A DNA stretch of 64,000 nt from Torpedo marmorata (Eukaryota), in contig OZ360239.1 in assembly GCA_977017645.1 (NCBI GenBank), forward strand, positions 72,292,001-72,356,000, given 5' to 3'. Position numbers and translations under genes: made by a program. Below the pieces are notes generated by a model. That model was not told where the DNA came from. It did no database searches and worked only from the letters and a program-made list of their open reading frames with translations. Numbering within the stretch: the stretch's first letter is position 1; each line of letters opens with the position of its first letter. Of the stretch, positions 1 through 12,829 are shown piece after piece.

Positions 1-680
1 GCTCAATCTCTCCTTGTACTCTAGATTCTTAAACCCAGGTAACATTCTGGTAAACCTTCTCTGCACTCTCTCCACCTTGTTGATATCCTTCCTATAATTT
101 GGCGACCAGAACTGCACACAGAACTCTAAATTAGGCCGCACCAAAGCCTTATATAATCTCAACATCACTTCCCAACTCCTATATTCTATGCAATGATTGA
201 TAAAGGCCAGCATACTAAAAGCCTTCTTCACCACCCTGTTCACATGAGTTTCCACCTTCAGGGAACGATGCACCGTTATCCCTAAATCTTTCTGCTCTTC
301 TGTATTCATCAATGCTCTCCCATTTACTACATATGTCCTGTTCTGATTCTTCCTACCAAAATGAAGCACCTCACACTTATCAGCATTAAACTCCATCTGC
401 CATTTTTCAGCCCACTTTTCTAAGCAGCCCAAATCCCTCTGCAATCCTTGAAAACCTTCTTCATTATCCACTATTCCACCTATCTTAGTATCATCTGCAT
501 ATTTACTAATCCAGTTTACCACCCCATCATCTAGATCATTGATATATATAACAAACAACAACGGGCCCAATACAGATCCCTGAGGCACACCGCTGGTCAC
601 CTGCCTCCAACCTGACAGACAATTATCCACTACCACTCTCTGGCCTCTCCCTTCCAGCCAATGTTCAATCCATTTGACTT
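1..680 (-). mobile_element. CR1-type LINE RT fragment
   Basis: The minus strand reads CR1 motifs KALVRPNLEFCVQFWSP and VPQGSVLGP. Degraded. Confidence 0.8.
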
Positions 681-1194
681 GGAATTTATCCACATGGAAA
701 GACTTCTTGAATTTGATAACTTCAGTAGAGCTGGGAGGGATGTCTATTAGTTATATAACAATTGAATTACATTCGATATCAGGACAATTTTCTTTTAACA
801 GAGGAAATTGTTATCTTTTCCTGTCCATCAGTTGTATTTATTCACGTGCTTGCTTTGATGTATATGACCTTACAATATTTTGATAAGGCAATGCACAGGA
901 GACACTTGGAGAAGATTAAAATGAATGGAATGTGGAGAAGAAAAGCAAATATGATAATACTTTGTGAAGGCAGTAAGAAGCTGGTCAGAGTTAAGAGAGA
1001 GTATTCACCACATGCCTCACGTTTTAGATATAAGCCTAAAGGAAATACTCCAAAATTTGCCAACAATGATAAATAATTCTCAAGATCAAAGGAAATCACC
1101 AATGGAAAAAGTTAAAATGGAAAATGGACAAAAAAGTACCAGTTAATATGTTGTTAACTTTTGTAATAAAATAAATTATTGATAAAGATAGTGA

Positions 1195-1750
1195 TAATGC
1201 AAGTTTATTGCCATATGTACAATGTACTAATGCCCTGAAATTTTTGGTTGCTGCAGATATACAGGTACCTAAAATATACTAATAAACAATGTATAAATTA
1301 AATTCCACATGAGAGAAAAAAAAGGTTATAAAATATAACAGCATATATAAATATTCAGTTTGTGCAAAAAAAAGCAATGTTACAACAGTGCAGATAGGTC
1401 TTTGGTCTTGGAATAGTGTTTTGGGTCAGCATCGTACAAGAAGGTTCAAGAGCCTGATAGCTGTTGGAAAAAAAAAACTGTTCTTGAACCTCGAGGTGCT
1501 GGATTTCAGGCTTCTGTGCCTTGTTCTTGAATCTAGCAGTGAGAAGAGATTGTGACCAGGGTGACAGGGATTCTTTATGATGTTGGCTGCCTTCTTGAGG
1601 CAACGCCTCACATAGATGTCTTCTGTGGAAGGGAGGTTGGTGCCTATGGTGGACTTCACCAAAGTTTGCCAATTTCTGCCACCTCTGTTCCTGAGCACTT
1701 GAATTTCCAAACCAAGCTGTTAAGCAACCAGCCATTATACCTGCACACAT
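1195..1750 (-). mobile_element. Old Rex1/Babar-type LINE 3' fragment
   Basis: Frameshifted EDIYVRRCLKKAANIIKNPCHPGHNLFSLL, homologous to the C-terminus of the 15086-18208 ORF. Confidence 0.75.
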
Positions 1751-1770
1751 TCAATAGAGTATTTGACGAC

Positions 1771-3740
1771 ATCAGAATCAGAATCAGAATTTATTGTCAT
1801 GAACAAGTCATGAAATTCGGTGTTTTTGCGGCAGCATCATAGTGCAATTAGCATTCATATTAACCATCTAACGACATTACTATACAAAATTATAAACAAT
1901 AGTGCACGAAAAGTAAGGTAGTGTCTTTGGTTCATTGATTATTCAGGAATCTGATGGCAGCGGGGAAGAAGCTGTCCTTGTGCCGTTGAGTGCTCGTCTT
2001 TAGGCTCCTGTACCTTTTACCCGATGGAAGCAGAGTGAAGAGGGAATGGCTTGGGTGGTGGGGGTCCTTGAGGATAGAGGCTGCTTTTTTAAGACACCGC
2101 CTCATGTAGATGTCCTCGATGGAGTGAAGTTTGGTGCCTGTGATGTCACAGGCCGAGTTAACAACCTTCTGGAGTTTACTCTTGTCCTGGGAGTTGGCGC
2201 CGCCATACCAGGCAGTGATGCAACCAGCCAGAATGCTCTCCACGGTACACCTGTAGAAGTTTACAAGAGTCTTTGGTGACATACCGAATCTCCGCAAACA
2301 CCTCACAAAGTATAGCCGCTGACGAGCCTTCTTTGTGATTGCATCCACGTTCATGCTCCAGGACAGATCCTCGGAGATGTTGACACCCAGGAATTTGAAG
2401 TTCTTGACCCTCTCCACTACTGAGCCCTCGATGAGGACTGGGTCGTGTTCCCCTGACTTCCTCCGGAAGTCCACAATCATCTCCTTCGTTTTGCTGACGT
2501 TGAACTCAAGGTTGTTGTCATTACACCATTCAACGAGCTGATCTATCTCCCTCCTGTACGCTTCCTCATTGCCGTTTGTGATTCTGCCGACAACTGTGGT
2601 GTCATCGGCAAACTTGTATATGGCATTGGAATTGTGCCTGGCCACACAGTCATGAGTGCATAACGAGTAGAGCAGTGGACTAAGCACGCATCCTTGGGGT
2701 GCGCCTGTGTTGATAATCAGTGAGGAGGAGACGTTGTTTCCAATTCGTACTGACTGTGGTCTTCCAATGAGAAAGTCAAGGATCCAGTTGCAGAGGGGGG
2801 TACAGAGGCCTAGAGTTTGTAGTTTCTTGACCAGCACTGAGGGAATAATGGTATTGAAGGCCGAGCTGTAGTTGATGAAGAGCAACCGTATGTATGAATT
2901 GCTGTTTTCGAGGTGATCCAGAGCTGAGTGGAGAGCCAGTGATATTGCATCTGCTGTGGAGCGATTGTGGCGATAGGCGAATTGCAGTGGATCCAGATCT
3001 TTGCTTAGGTATGTGTTAATTCTGGCCATGACCCGTCTCTCAAAGCATTTCATCACAGTAGAAGTTAGTGCTACTGGGCGGTAGTCGTTGAGGCAGCTCA
3101 CACTGCTCTTCTTGGGTACCGGGATGATTGATGCCCTTTTGAAGTAGGTGGGAACCTCTGACTGCCGCAATGAGAGGTTGAAAATGTCCGTGAACACTCC
3201 GGCTAGTTGGTTGGCGCAGATTTTCAATACCCTGCCAGGTACGCCGTCAGGGCCTGACGCCTTGCGAGGGTTCACCCTCTTGAATGATGTTCTGACGTCG
3301 CCCTCAGAGACAGATATCACAGGGTCCTCAGCCTTTTCAGGGATTCTCGTAGGCACTGTTTTGTTCTTCTTCTCAAAGCGGGCGTAGAAGGTGTTCAGCT
3401 CATCGGGTAGTGAAGCATCACAGCCGTCTATAGTGTTCGCCCTCGCTTTGTAGGCTGTAATGGCCTGCACTCCCTGCCATAGCTGGCATGTATCTGTCTC
3501 TGTCTCTAGCTTCCTCCGGAATTGCCACTTTGCTTCAGAGATGGCCTTCCGCAGGTCGTGCCTGGACTTTTTGTAAAGATCCTGGTCCCCGGCCTTAAAC
3601 GCCCTTGTTCTCGTCCTCAGCAGGTTGCGAATTCTTTGATTCATCCAGGGCTTCTGGTTGGGGAACACCCGGTATTTGCGCGTGGGCACACACTCATCCA
3701 CGCAGGTCTTGATGAAGTCGGTGACACCTGTTGCATATTG
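1771..3740 (-). mobile_element. 5'-truncated young Rex1/Babar LINE
   Basis: Near-identical to 14929-16890. The 3' tail is CATGACAATAA followed by (ATTCTG)n. Confidence 0.92.
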
Positions 3741-3854
3741 CTGAATCTCTTCAGATTCCTCAGAAGGTAGAGTCATGGATGTGGCTTCTACACAGTTGTC
3801 TCGATGTGCTGGGCCAAGAGTGTTTTGAACACAGGTAAGGTAAATGATGTGCAT
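1932..3854 (-). pseudogene. Rex1/Babar reverse transcriptase, truncated; first ~38 aa come from flanking DNA
   Basis: RT motifs [16 protein letters not shown] and FADD are present. Motif-A Asp is mutated (FINYSS versus FIDYSS in the intact copy). No APE domain. Confidence 0.85.
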
Positions 3855-5509
3855 GTCAGAAGGACTTGGAATTTCAGATTACGCATATTAAGTGGGTAAT
3901 TACATTATTAAAGAAAGCAGAAAATGTGAAGTTGGCAGGCATTTACCTTGCCAAGCCTGTTCAAAGCAATAAAAAGGTCAATGTTGTTAATCTCCTGTGG
4001 ACTAATATTGCAATGATTTACTCCATCATCTCAAGCCAAGAAACGCAGGCAGCTGCCAGCTGAGGAGGGTGCCCTTCCAGTCCAAAGATAAAAAGCTTCC
4101 CAGGACTCACTTCACTCCCAATTCAGGCACATTCCTTTCCTCTTGGACTATTGCCAACTCTTTAGACATCCTGATCGATTCAAGTGTTTCCTTGTTTGAC
4201 TTGTAAAGGGAGGAACAGCACATTTTTAGGGATATCTTACAAATTCTTGCATGGCCTCCGTTATCTCATGCAGGGTCTAATTAGTGTTGGGTGAACTTCA
4301 CGATTATTTAAATAAGAAGACCACAGAAAACGTCTGTGTGAACCTTCCTTTGTTGCTGATGAACAAAGGCAAACTGGGAAGCGGGGAACACAGAGGGAGT
4401 AATTCATTCACCCCTTCAAGCCTGTTCCAGAATCAAATTACATCACAGTTGATCTGCACCTTAGTTGTTTGCAAGCATTCGCACTGTACCTCTTCCCTTC
4501 TTTGCCTAATAAAATTCTGTCACTCTCCTGTCTTGAAACTTTCTAACGTCTCTCAGCAAAAACCAAATATCTCCTACAATTTCATATTTAGTTGCAACAA
4601 AATACTATACAGAACACAACTGGTGGAACTATTTTTGGAAACAACATTTTGTTAACTGAGCAGGAATAATCAAGTTTGAGCTGAATGAATGTTTTCACTC
4701 TGTGGAACATACAATCTGATTGGTGTATCAGACATCCAACTAGGATTTACATCATTCCACTGGATAGATTACATTAAAATTATTGCTTAAGAGGTTTTTT
4801 TTTCTAGTTTATTCATCCTTGGAATGTAAACATTTTGAGTTAGAACGTAATTTTATTGGCCCATCCCTAGTTTGACTCAAGTGATGGTGGTGGACTTTGA
4901 TTTTGAACTCCTGAAAACAGCTTGAAACAACTACCTTGGGTGATAATGGAAAGAGTTGAGTCAATATTGTTGTGGGATGAGAGTCACAGGCAGGCTAAAC
5001 CAAGTCTGAATGGAATGCTGTCCTCCCTAAAATGCACCGATGAACCAGCGAGCTCTTACGCATTTTGACTGCATTGCAGTGAATGTTACTTACATTTTAT
5101 TTCCACGCAGAATTTAAACAGAATTATTCAAACCATCACCAGCTTGCATTCTCTGGGTCATTACTCCAAGCACCATATGTTCAAGATAACTTAAACTATA
5201 GGCTCGCTGGACTTACAATTGGCTGTTTGAAGCCCTTTGAATCAACTGGTCATGAAGTGATTACAAAAGTGACCATGGGGGGGCACTTTACCCTCAAACT
5301 GGAGTTGAATGACTCAATCCGAATGAACCGTGTGAGGCTGCATTGTCCTCACAGACAGTGTGGGTGCAGCAATGTGAGCTGCCAATTATGAATAAACTGG
5401 ATTTGGCCTGACAATGCACCAATTTATTTGGATTCTGAATGTTTTCATTGGATAATTGAATGCAAAAGCAGTTGGTAAAAATATATTTGCTAAATTGTGT
5501 TGAAACAGA

Positions 5510-5830
5510 TGTGAGAGCTTTCTCACTTCTGAGGCAGGTGTTTGAGAGTTCAAGCTCCATCCCAGCACATAAACTCCATGCTGACTCTCTGGTGTACACC
5601 TGGAGCACCACTGTTGCCAAGACTACCAGGTGAAATATTGCGGAAAGGCCCTGAGCACTCTCTTCAGAAGTTGCTTAGAAATAAATCTCACAGCCATTAT
5701 TCAAATAAAGAGGAAGAACATTTTCTCATGTCCTCACCAGTGTTTATTTCTTTGTATCTAACATGTTATACAAATGATGTGGTCATTAGTTCCTTGGCTG
5801 TTATGTATCTTGCTGCTATTAAATGCTGCA
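5510..5830 (+). mobile_element. Degraded DeuSINE (SacSINE1/AmnSINE-like)
   Basis: Remnant tRNA-like head (gttcaagctcc) followed by a Deu-domain-like body, recognised by eye. Confidence 0.45.
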
Positions 5831-6463
5831 TTTCTACAGTACAATCCTGACACAAATGAAAAGTAATGAACCGTAACAGGGAATGAGCAGCCAGAGGAAG
5901 TGGTAGAGAAAGATACAATTACAACATTTAAAAGGCATTTGGACTGGTACTTGGGTGGGAAATGAGTACAGGGATAGGGACCACTGCAAGCAAATGGGAT
6001 TCGTGCAAGTGGGTATCCTGGTTGGCATGGTTGAATAGGGCAGAGGGGCCACTATTGTGCTGTACTCTAAAATGCTTTGTGATATTTTGAATAGTGAAAA
6101 CCAACTTGTGAGTGCAAACCTTACTTATGGGGCAGGATCAAAAGTACACACCAGCTATTCAAAACTACCAGTGGAGGCATCAGCAAAATCCAGTGTTCCG
6201 TTCAATGCGTTCAAGAGCTTTTATGTTACTTATCCCACGGACAGAGCTAGGCAAGGGGACAAAGAGCTGGGCTCATTGAAGGGACCAACAATCACCTGGA
6301 TAGTTGTGTGTGCTCCCTATTCACAGACGAGCATTTTCACCAATATAAAAACATTACCGTCACAGATAATCAATAAGTTTCCAACTACACAGAACATCAT
6401 ACAGATGTGTGACCTGTAATTGTTAGTTGTTCCTTTGGTGTAGGCAGCCAACATCATGGAGGA

Positions 6464-8342
6464 AAAAACACAAATGCTGGAGAAACTCAGCAGGTCAAAC
6501 AGTGTCCTTTATGTAGCAAAGGTAGAAATACATAACCGACGTTTCGGGCTTGAGCCCTTCATCAAAGTATGAGAAAATGCCGGCAGACGTCCGAAAAAAA
6601 GAGTGGGGGGGGGAAGGGGTGGCAAAGGCAGGACATGATAGGTGGAGAAAGGAGGGAGGGGACAGCAGCAAAGAGGGGGAGGAGGGATGGCTGGGTGGGT
6701 GGAAAAAACTGGAAGGACAGGTAAGGGGGGAGGGGAAGGAAAAGGCGAGCAGGTTTAGTGGAAAGCAGAAAAGTCATTGTTAATGCCATCTGACTGGAGA
6801 GTGCCCAGACGGAAAATAAGATGTTGTTCCTCCAATTTGCGGGTAGTCTGGGTGGGATAGTACATAAGTGCCATGGACAGACATGTGAGTGTGGAAGTGT
6901 GACTCGGAATTGAAATGGTTGGCCACTGGGAGATCGCTGTTGTTGCGGACGGAGAGGAGGTGCTCAGCAAAGCGATCTCCCACTCTACGACCGGTCTCTC
7001 CGATGTAAAGAATACCACAAAGGGAGCACCGGATGCAGTAAATAAGTCCTCTGGATGTACGTGAAGTGTTGCTTCACTTGAAAGGCCTGTTTGGGGCCCC
7101 GGACCGTGGTGAGGGAGGAAGTTTGAGCGCAAGTGTGGCACCTCCTGCGGGCACAGGGGAAGGTGCCGGGGGTGCGATAGGTGGGGAGGGATGAATGCAC
7201 GACGGAATCGCGGAGGGAGCGGTCCCTGCGGAAGGCCGAGAGGGGAGGATAAGGAAAAATGTGTCTGGTGGTGGGATCCTGTAGTAAGTGCCGGAAATTC
7301 CGGCGGATAATGTGTTGGATGCGGAGGCTGGTGGGGTGGTAGATGAGGATAAGGGGGATTCTATGTTTGTTGCGTCTGGGGGCAGATGAGCGGGAAATGG
7401 AGGAGATGCGGGTGAGGGCTGAGTTGATGGTGGTGGAGGGGAAACCACGTTTGTGGAAGAAGGCAGACATTTCAGAAGATCTAGACAGGAAGACCTCATC
7501 TTGGGAAAAGATGCGGAGGAGACGGAGAAATTGAGAGAAGGGGATGGAATCCTTGCAGGGGACAGGGTGTGAAGAAGTGTAGTCCAGATAGTTGTGGGAG
7601 TTGGAGGGTTTGTAGTAAATGTCGGTGGAAAGCTTGTCTCCTGAGATGGAGACAGAGAGATTCAGAAAGGGGAGAGTGTGATCGGAGATGGACCAGGTGA
7701 GTTTGAGATTGGGGTGGAAGTTGGACGCAAAGTGGATGAAGTTGACAAGCTCATCGCGGGTGCATGAGGCAGCCCCGATGTAGTCGTCGATTATACCGGA
7801 GGAAGAGATGAGGGGTCTTGCCTGTGTAGGCTTGCAGCATGGATTGCTCCACAAAGCCCACAAACAGGCAGGCGTAGCTGGGACCCATGCGGGTACTTTT
7901 GACAATCTCATCGCGGGTGCATGAGGCAGCCCCGATGTCGTTTTTGACAAGCTCATCACGTCTGGGCACTCTCCAGCCAGATGGCATTAACATTGACTTT
8001 TCTGCTTTCCACTAAACCTGCTTGCCTTTTCCTTCTCCTCCCCCCTTACCTGTCCTTCCAGTTTTTTCCACCCACCCAGCCATCCCTCCTCCCCCTCTTT
8101 GCTGCTGTCCCCTCCCTCCTTTCTCCACCTATCATCTCCTGCTTTTGCCACCCCCCCCCTTCCCCCCCTCACTCTTTTGTTCGGACGCCTGCCGGCATTT
8201 TCTCATACTTTGATGAAGGGCTCAAGCCCGAAACATCGGTTACGTATTTCTACCTTTGCTACATAAAGGACACTGTTGAGCTTCTCCAGCATTTTGTGTT
8301 TTTTACTTCAACCACGGTGTCTGCAGATTTTCGTGATTTACT
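6464..8342 (-). mobile_element. Penelope-like element (RT plus GIY-YIG) with an inverted pLTR copy
   Basis: Minus-strand YIDD-like RT region and PVANHFN...KLEEQHLIFRLGTLQ. The pLTR at 6464-6810 is inverted at 7961-8342. A 14-bp TSD aacatcatggagga lies at 6450-6463 and 8343-8356, within an older Rex fragment. Confidence 0.9.
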
Positions 8343-8589
8343 AACATCATGGAGGATCCCGATCTCCCTGATCACAATCTCTTCTCACTGCTACCTTCGG
8401 GCAGAAGGTATAGAAGCCTGAAGTCCAGCATGTCTAGGTTCAAGAACAGTTTTTTTTAACAACAGTTATCAGGCTCTTGAACCTACCTAACCCTAACCAT
8501 AAACTACTTCAGGACCACAAAAAGATTTGTCTGCACTATGGATATATTATTTTTTTGCACTGAGGGAAACTGTAAATAGTCATTTAAAA

Positions 8590-9990
8590 CATAGAGCATA
8601 GGACAGGAATAGGACCATCAGCCCACGTGTCTGAGCCAAACATGATGTCCAAATTAAACTAAAACTTCACAACTTGTACATGATATATATATTCGTCTAT
8701 TTCTTGAATATTCATGTGTCTATCTAGAAGTAAAGGTAAAGGTTCCATTATTGTCATGTAATACTACATTTAGAATGTAATTTACATGAAATTCTTTAAC
8801 TTTGTCTACCGTAAGGAAGACAGAGAGTTGCTACTTTGTCCAGCACCCCTCACATAAATGAGGCCCCAGAAGGGAACGAACTCGCGACCCCTGGTTTACA
8901 AGACCAGTGCTAAGACAAGTCTCTTAAACACTACTCTTGTACCTGCTTTCAGAATCAGAATCAGTATCAGGTTTATTGACATGGCATGACTCATGAATCT
9001 GCCACAAAATACGTTGTTTTGAGGCAGCAGTATTGTGCATTCCACATTTCTACCTCTGGCAGTCCATTCCATGCACCTACCACTTTCTGTGTAAAAAACC
9101 TGCCTCGCACATCTCCTTTAACTCTGCACCCCCATCCCCCCCCAAACCTGAACACATATCGCCTAGTATATGGCATTTTTATCCTGGGAGAAAGATTCTG
9201 ACTGTCTACCCGACATATGCTTTTCATAATTTTATAAACTTCTATCAGGTCTCCACTTAGCTTCTCACATTCCAGAGAAAGCAACCCAAGTTTGTCCAAC
9301 CTCTCATTCGACCAGAATTGCACACAATACTCCAAGTGTGGCCTAACCAAAGTTTTATACAGCTGCAACATGACCTCCTTACTTTTATACTCGATATCCT
9401 ACCCAATGAAGCCAAGCATTCCATATGCCTTCTTTATCACCCTTTCTACTTTTGTGACCACTTTCAAGAAGTTAAGCAGCTGAACCTCCATGTTTTTAAG
9501 AGTCCTGCCATTAACTGTATATTTTCCTCTTGCATTTGACCTCCCAAATCTTTTCTTCAGATTAAACTGTCCCTGCTATTTCTTTCTCTATACCAGTCAC
9601 TGATCTATATCCTTTTATATTTTTTGATACATTGTCCATGGCTCCACCCATCTTAGAGTCATCTGCAAATTTACTAATCAACCCACCTACCTTTTCATCG
9701 AAGACATTTATATATCTCACAAAGAACAGGGGTCCCAACACTGATCCCTGTTGGACCCCACTGGTCACGGAACTCCAACCAGAATTACACCCTTCTGCTC
9801 CTACTCTCTATCTTCCATAGGCCAGCCAATTCCGAATCAAAACAATCTATTTACTGTGGATCCCATGCATCTGTACTTTCTAGATCAGCCTACCATGAGG
9901 GACCTTGTCAAATGCCTTACTAAAGTCCATGAGGACAACATCCACTGCTCTCCCCTCCCCAAACATCTTTGTCACCTTCTCAAATAATTC
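8590..9990 (-). mobile_element. CR1-type LINE 3' portion, degraded
   Basis: SGVQQGSVLGP, SKFADD and LVRPHLEYCVQFW motifs, then a CR1 3' UTR. Interrupted by the SINE at 8729-8912. Confidence 0.85.
8729..8912 (-). mobile_element. SINE-like element with a tRNA-Thr(TGT)-derived head and a LINE-like tail
   Basis: 8911-8861 reads AGCACTGGTCTTGTAAACCAGGGGTCGCGAGTTCG...CTGGGGCCT, the 3' two-thirds of tRNA-Thr-TGT. It is followed by a stem-loop, CATGACAATAA and (CCTTTA)n. Confidence 0.7.
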
Positions 9991-10054
9991 AAATCAAATT
10001 TGTGAAACATTACTCACCCCGCACAAAATGTTTCTATCCTTTTATATTTTATTC

Positions 10055-10863
10055 ATCTTTTTCTTGTCTCGTGGCATGTGCTCTGCCACTCAAAAGTCAC
10101 TGGTTTGGACCCAGGAGAGCGGAGAGCGCAGACACAGCGCTGCTCCAAAGGGTCATCCTGTCCTAATCCCAGCGGCTCCATACTTGCGTTAAACAGCCTG
10201 TTAAAGGAGCATGGTGTTTTTAAAGTAAAATCTTGCAACCATGGTCCTGTGCCCAAGATGGCAGTGCCTGTACTCAGCAGTGGCCACGAGGGGTTGTAGA
10301 CTCCGGGGAGCAGCAGACAGGCGAAGAACACCAGAAACGGGGAGAACGCACCCCATTGAAAAGGAGAATCAGAGGAGATGACCCTACAGGAGGGTGACCA
10401 TGGCAGTGGACGAGCGAGGGGCTCAGTGGCTGAGAAACCCACGCAGGCTGCGGGCGACTTACGGTCAGAGGACTCACACAGGCTGTGGGCTGCTGGAGAC
10501 TGGCTCATGGGAACCAGGTATCAGAGCCAGATTCAAGAGGGTACTGAGAGCAAGAAGGGCTCCTGAAGGGCATCAGGCACTGAAGGCTTCCTGATCGTGT
10601 CGAGGCTTTGGATCTGGAGCTCGGGTTACCGATGAATCGAACAGGAGTCTGTGCAGCTGCGGGAGCACTGGAGGTGAATCCACGGACACACAGTGACTCT
10701 GAACGGACTCCCTTTTGATTCTCTTCCTCTCATACTGTAAGGGTCGCCAGGCGACTAATGCTGACCCTTTGTCTGCCTTACGGCAGGCAGAAGGCAATCT
10801 CATGTAATATTACATGTTCTGTACTATTACATGACAATAAAGGAATCTTGAAACTGGAATCTT
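10055..10863 (+). mobile_element. Non-coding non-autonomous retroposon, GC-rich body
   Basis: No RT motifs. The 3' end is TCTGCC-TTAC-GGCAGG hairpin, CATGACAATAAA and GAATCTT repeats. Homologous to 52840-53104. Confidence 0.6.
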
Positions 10864-11574
10864 ATTGTGGTCATTTCAATTTATACTCTTGGTGTTGGTG
10901 TATCTTACGAAACTTGCTGCAGTAAGTAAGGATTTCGGTGAATCTGTGCATTCTACTTATGTATATGAATATAAACTCTCATACTCATTCACAGCATAAA
11001 ACTTCCAGTAATCCTCTTCGTCGCTATTCTTCCTAATAGGATTTCCATCCCTCAGTTCAGCCTTATAAATGCTGCCCATACTTCTTAAGAAAAATCCTGA
11101 CAATTCCAGAACAAACAAGGCATTTATAAAAAGAACACAATTACACCTCTATGTAATATCTAACAATAATTAACATTCACCCTTGTGCCAGGCTTCAGAT
11201 CCTGTGTTCTGTCTTCATGTTTCCCAATACAGATTAGGATGTGCTTGGCTGCTGTGTTACCACTGGAGACACACCTGACCACTTTGCTGAGTGACCGCGA
11301 CTGGTTCTGAGCTTTGAGACACTCAGACTTCATCGTCTCTGACGAGGAATCTTTGACCTGAAATGTTATCTCTCCCTTTCCACAAAGCTGCCAAGTCTGG
11401 CATTTTCTGTTTTTATTTTTGGATTCCCACCATCTGCAGCTTTTTTTTTCCTGTGTGCTGAAGCAGTCCAATCAACCAACAATCTGTTGGAGGAACTCAG
11501 CAGGATGAGCAGCATCAGTGGGAGAAAAAGAACTGTCATCATTTCAGGCCAGAACCCTCCATCAATTTTGTACA

Positions 11575-11928
11575 CAAAATTATGAGGGATACAGACAGAG
11601 TAAATGCAAGCAGGTGTTTTCCACTAAGGTTGGGTGAGACAGGAACTAGAGGTCATGGGTTAAGGGTGAAAGGAGAAATGTTTAAAAGGAACATTAAGGG
11701 GAACTTCACGCAGAGAGTGGTGAGAGTGTGGAAGAGGCTGCCAGCTGAAGTGGTGAATACGGGCTCGATTTTGACATTTAAGAAAAATTTAAACAAGTAC
11801 ATGGATGGGAGGGGTATGGAGGGATGTGGTCCGGGTGTAGGTCAGTGGGAAGAGGCAGAATAATAGTTCAGCACAGACTGGATGTGCCAATGGGCCCGTT
11901 TCTGTGCTGTAGTGTTCTATAGTTCTAT
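11575..11928 (+). mobile_element. CR1 LINE 3' end
   Basis: TRGHGLRV...FTQRVVRVW, then 3' UTR and a gttctat repeat tail. Confidence 0.85.
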
Positions 11929-12829
11929 CAAGTCTGAAACGCTGATCATTCTTTTTCTCTCAATGACGCTGAGTTCCTCCAGCAGATTGTTTGTAGGCCA
12001 GTATGAATAATGGTGAAACATGTTTGATATCTTCCTGAGTGAGAAACATAGGGTGCCTTTTAAATGGATCAAGGTCTATCTCTTGGAAATGAGTCTCTGC
12101 ACACGCAGATCTGAATGATGGGAGAATGCTAAAATGACATAATATGATGCAAGTGCTTGGCAATACTTCAATGCAGAATGTAGATTGCAGCTGCCTGTCC
12201 TTCTAAAGTGGTCTAGAGAGGCTCAGTCATTATGGTCACCTTGATGGAAGCTGACTGCTCACTTCCTGTTGACAATAAAGTCATGTTCTTATCAAAGTAT
12301 TTTCATCTGATGAGGTCATGTTCTTCTGTACCCTAAACAAGGATGTGGCCATTGTTAGCAAGGCAAGCATTTTCTGCCCATTCCTAATCACTCTTGAGAA
12401 GCTGGTGGTGAGCCACCTTCTTGAATCACTACTCTCCTCCCAATGAAGGCACCACTGCAAGTGCTGCTTGGTAGATAGTTCCAGGATTTTGATCCAGCAA
12501 TTCCAAAAACACAGCAATAAACCTGCAAATTAGGATGTCCAACTTGGAGGGGTGCCTGCAGGATGTAGTTCTCCCATGCTCTCCTTTCTCTTTCTGGAGG
12601 TGGAGGTCTCAGGTTTGACAGGTGCTACTGGGGTAGTTGAGATTAATAAATACAGAACACTTTATAAATGGTGCACGTTACAGCAATAATGTGCCTGTGA
12701 TATTGGACGTTCAATGTTTGAGGTGGTGGATGGGATGTCAATCAAGCAGATTGCTTAGCACAGGATGTTAACAAGCTTTGCAAGTGTTGGAGCTTTACTC
12801 ATTCAAGTAAATTGCGAGTATTCCATTAC

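Noticed and set aside
674-1146. Short ORFs here and the many other 60-130 aa ORFs in the track
   Set aside because: No motifs; they are consistent with chance frames or antisense frames of repeats.
3755-3834. Possible 80-nt + strand exon (cag...caggtaagg)
   Set aside because: The peptide is not recognisable, the acceptor abuts a LINE insertion, and there are no partner exons.
8861-8911. Functional tRNA-Thr gene
   Set aside because: The 5' acceptor strand and D arm are missing, and it is fused to a retroposon tail.
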